DNA of 35,976 bases from Candidatus Aenigmatarchaeota archaeon. GTDB taxonomy: Archaea > Aenigmatarchaeota > Aenigmatarchaeia > GW2011-AR5. The stretch covers positions 1 to 35,976 of the forward strand of contig JAZDJX010000009.1 of NCBI GenBank assembly GCA_043803505.1, in the 5' to 3' direction. Each line of letters starts with the position of its first letter. The first letter of the stretch is position 1. The notes beneath the pieces are model-generated. The model saw only the letters and a program-made list of their open reading frames with translations. It was not told the DNA's origin and searched no databases. Position numbers and translations under genes: made by a program. Positions 34,412 through 35,976 of this stretch are shown here, one piece after another.

Positions 34412-34877
34412 GCTCCTTTTCTATTTGCTTTAGCCTGATTTCAGGATGCTTATCAAGATATTTGCTTTCAGCAAATTCTGACAGTTTACCAAGACCAGCT
34501 TCAGAGCCTATCCATGCTGCAGAAGAGCCTATTGCGCCTGCGTTTGCAATTTCAGGATTGCCGCTTATCAAAAAGCCGAGTGCAGCATATGGCGCAAGCG
34601 TGCTCACAACATTTTTTGCATATCTCGGAAGTTTATAAATAAAAGGCATGTCATTCCAGTATTCATGCCTGTTGTTTATGTCGTCTATAGTTCTTGCTGT
34701 CTGTCCAGCAGCAAACAAAGCTGCGGGTACGGCAAGATAAGGACCAGGCATATCAAGTGTATTGTAACCGATTGCGTGCGCCATGTCAGAAGCGCCGGTA
34801 ATGACAGCTGAACCTAAGCCCAGACTGCCTGCATTTTTCCTCAGAATGCGCATTGCTTTAGAATTATATTCTTTCAT
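34377..34877 (-). CDS. hypothetical Gly/Ala-rich protein
   Basis: 166-aa ORF from ATG 34877 (alternative start 34913). Its 3' end overlaps the coaE 3' end by 35 nt (convergent). Confidence 0.45.
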   Translation of the reverse strand: MKEYNSKAMRILRKNAGSLGLGSAVITGASDMAHAIGYNTLDMPGPYLAVPAALFAAGQTARTIDDINNRHEYWNDMPFIYKLPRYAKNVVSTLAPYAALGFLISGNPEIANAGAIGSSAAWIGSEAGLGKLSEFAESKYLDKHPEIRLKQIEKELIEALKSQKSH

Positions 34878-35026
34878 ACCAATCACATATATGTTATTAC
34901 TTATTAGTAACATTTAGAGTATTTAAAGATTTCTATTTGGGGAGATATATGTAATTTCAATCAGTAAATGACGAAGATTATCAATAACGAAGTTCAATAA
35001 ATAAATGAAGAAAGAGCACAAAACAA

Positions 35027-35536
35027 TTATTTAATTTGTTTATAACATTCATCACAGAAACGAATTTCATGTAAAGATGACCAACGAGGACCTGGTATTT
35101 TATTATGTGACATCTCGCACGGATTTAATTGGTCAAAATCATGGTGCTTAAGTCCAAGTGCATGACCTATTTCACCAAATGTTATAGCATTAAAATCAAC
35201 ATCATCTGGGCGGAATTTATACCAAGAATTAAAATAACCATCACTTGATGCTATTGCTCTTTTATTATCACCCCTTCCGTGAATTCGTCCACAATCTCCT
35301 TTCAAATCCATTGAGGTCAAGACAAGGTAAACATCTTTATCAGAGCTAGGTAATCTTTCCATAATTGCACATGCTGGCCAATAGCCAGAACGTATTTTTA
35401 TTCCTCGTGGTCTCATCTCACCATCGTAAGCATATCCTTCAGTAAACTGTTTCTGCATCTGAGGTATTCTAAATAATGAATTTACGGTGGCATCAATACT
35501 ATACGGAAACCACAATTTTCTCACTAAGAGTTTCAT
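35027..35536 (-). CDS. metzincin/archaemetzincin-like zinc peptidase with variant motif
   Basis: GEIGHALGLKHH...NPCEM...(18 aa)...CDEC resembles the archaemetzincin motif HExxHxxGxxxCxxxxCxM...CxxC. Gly replaces the first His. Confidence 0.5.
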   Translation of the reverse strand: MKLLVRKLWFPYSIDATVNSLFRIPQMQKQFTEGYAYDGEMRPRGIKIRSGYWPACAIMERLPSSDKDVYLVLTSMDLKGDCGRIHGRGDNKRAIASSDGYFNSWYKFRPDDVDFNAITFGEIGHALGLKHHDFDQLNPCEMSHNKIPGPRWSSLHEIRFCDECYKQIK

Positions 35537-35679
35537 ATTTTACTACTACTTGATGGTATTATTTAAAGCTTTGGTTTGATTTTCTTGCCTTTTCCACTAA
35601 TTCACCATTTGACAACTTTAAATTTTCGCATTCTCCAGCCTCAAAAAACTTTAATTATAGCCACAGTGAATTTATTCTC

Positions 35680-35976
35680 ATGACGTACAAAATCGGCATT
35701 TCTTCAGGCTGGTGGAGCGTTGCGAGAGCTCCTGAACTTCTGGGTCTTACAATGAAGGTCGGGGGATTTGGCGCGACCACAGGCATTCAGTTCAACCAGA
35801 TAGACCTTGATACAATAAGCGAATTTCTTGAGCCACGGCTGAAACAGGAACTTACACGGATGAAAAAAGAGCTTAGTCTTGAAGTCGGCCTGCACGGCGA
35901 GATTGGCGAGGTAATGAAGCTTGAAAGTGCAGAGCGCAGGTTCTGGGAGCTGTCCCATCAACGGCTTGTCACGACT
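35680..35976 (+). CDS. hypothetical protein, 5' partial view (runs off the window end)
   Basis: Hand translation MTYKIGISSGWWSVARAPELL...EVGLHGEIGE is open to the window edge. A TATA-like TTTAATTATA lies about 20-30 nt upstream. Possibly a TIM-barrel (xylose-isomerase-like) fold, but that is weak. Confidence 0.55.
   Translation, partial: MTYKIGISSGWWSVARAPELLGLTMKVGGFGATTGIQFNQIDLDTISEFLEPRLKQELTRMKKELSLEVGLHGEIGEVMKLESAERRFWELSHQRLVTT

Noticed and set aside
35704-35961. 85-aa minus-strand ORF at the window end
   Set aside because: The opposite strand carries an open frame from ATG 35680 to the window edge with a TATA-like box upstream and a protein-like sequence. The minus ORF is its shadow.
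1-35976. CRISPR arrays, transposases, integrases or prophage borders (the tRNA at 2336 was checked as a possible integration site)
   Set aside because: No spaced direct-repeat array, no recombinase-like ORF and no duplicated tRNA 3' end were seen.

Overview
AT-rich archaeal chromosomal fragment. By eye GC is roughly 32-45% on the few 60-nt lines I counted; I did not compute it over the window. The archaeal assignment rests on aIF5B, aIF2-beta, TFB, RFC, GatE, the RNase P proteins Rpp30 and Pop5, ribosomal proteins S10, L15e and S3Ae, and an ATP-dependent DNA ligase. Compact genes and many lineage-specific small ORFs suggest a small-genome (DPANN-like) archaeon, but that is inference. I call about 46 CDS and one tRNA, and found no rRNA, CRISPR array, transposase or integrase.

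Gene organisation: first genes of units usually have a TTTAAATA-like TATA box 20-30 nt upstream of the start (leaderless geometry). Internal genes carry GGTG/GGAGG ribosome-binding sites or ATGA-type overlaps.

Most notable observations:
1. A minus-strand cluster at 29877-32481 holds a radical SAM/SPASM maturase, an 8-nt-overlapping 67-aa ORF with a strong RBS, a stand-alone C39-like cysteine peptidase and small 2-TM proteins. It looks like a RiPP-type peptide-modification locus.
2. A very tightly packed nicotinamide-to-NADP salvage cluster (pncA-like, nadE, nadM, nadK, pncB) is headed by an uncharacterised radical SAM plus PLP-enzyme pair coupled by an ATGA overlap.
3. A 245-nt tRNA-Thr(GGU) gene is interrupted by two long introns, one at a non-canonical D-loop position.
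4. A 344-aa LAGLIDADG intein sits directly after the KYDGFR adenylation motif of DNA ligase.
5. A stand-alone receiver domain is coupled to tfb and followed by four orphan genes that share motifs.
6. Two unusually long intergenic regions carry dense inverted repeats, and a 19-nt palindromic element recurs at the same distance upstream of two operons.

All functional calls come from motif recognition by eye; no database search was run.
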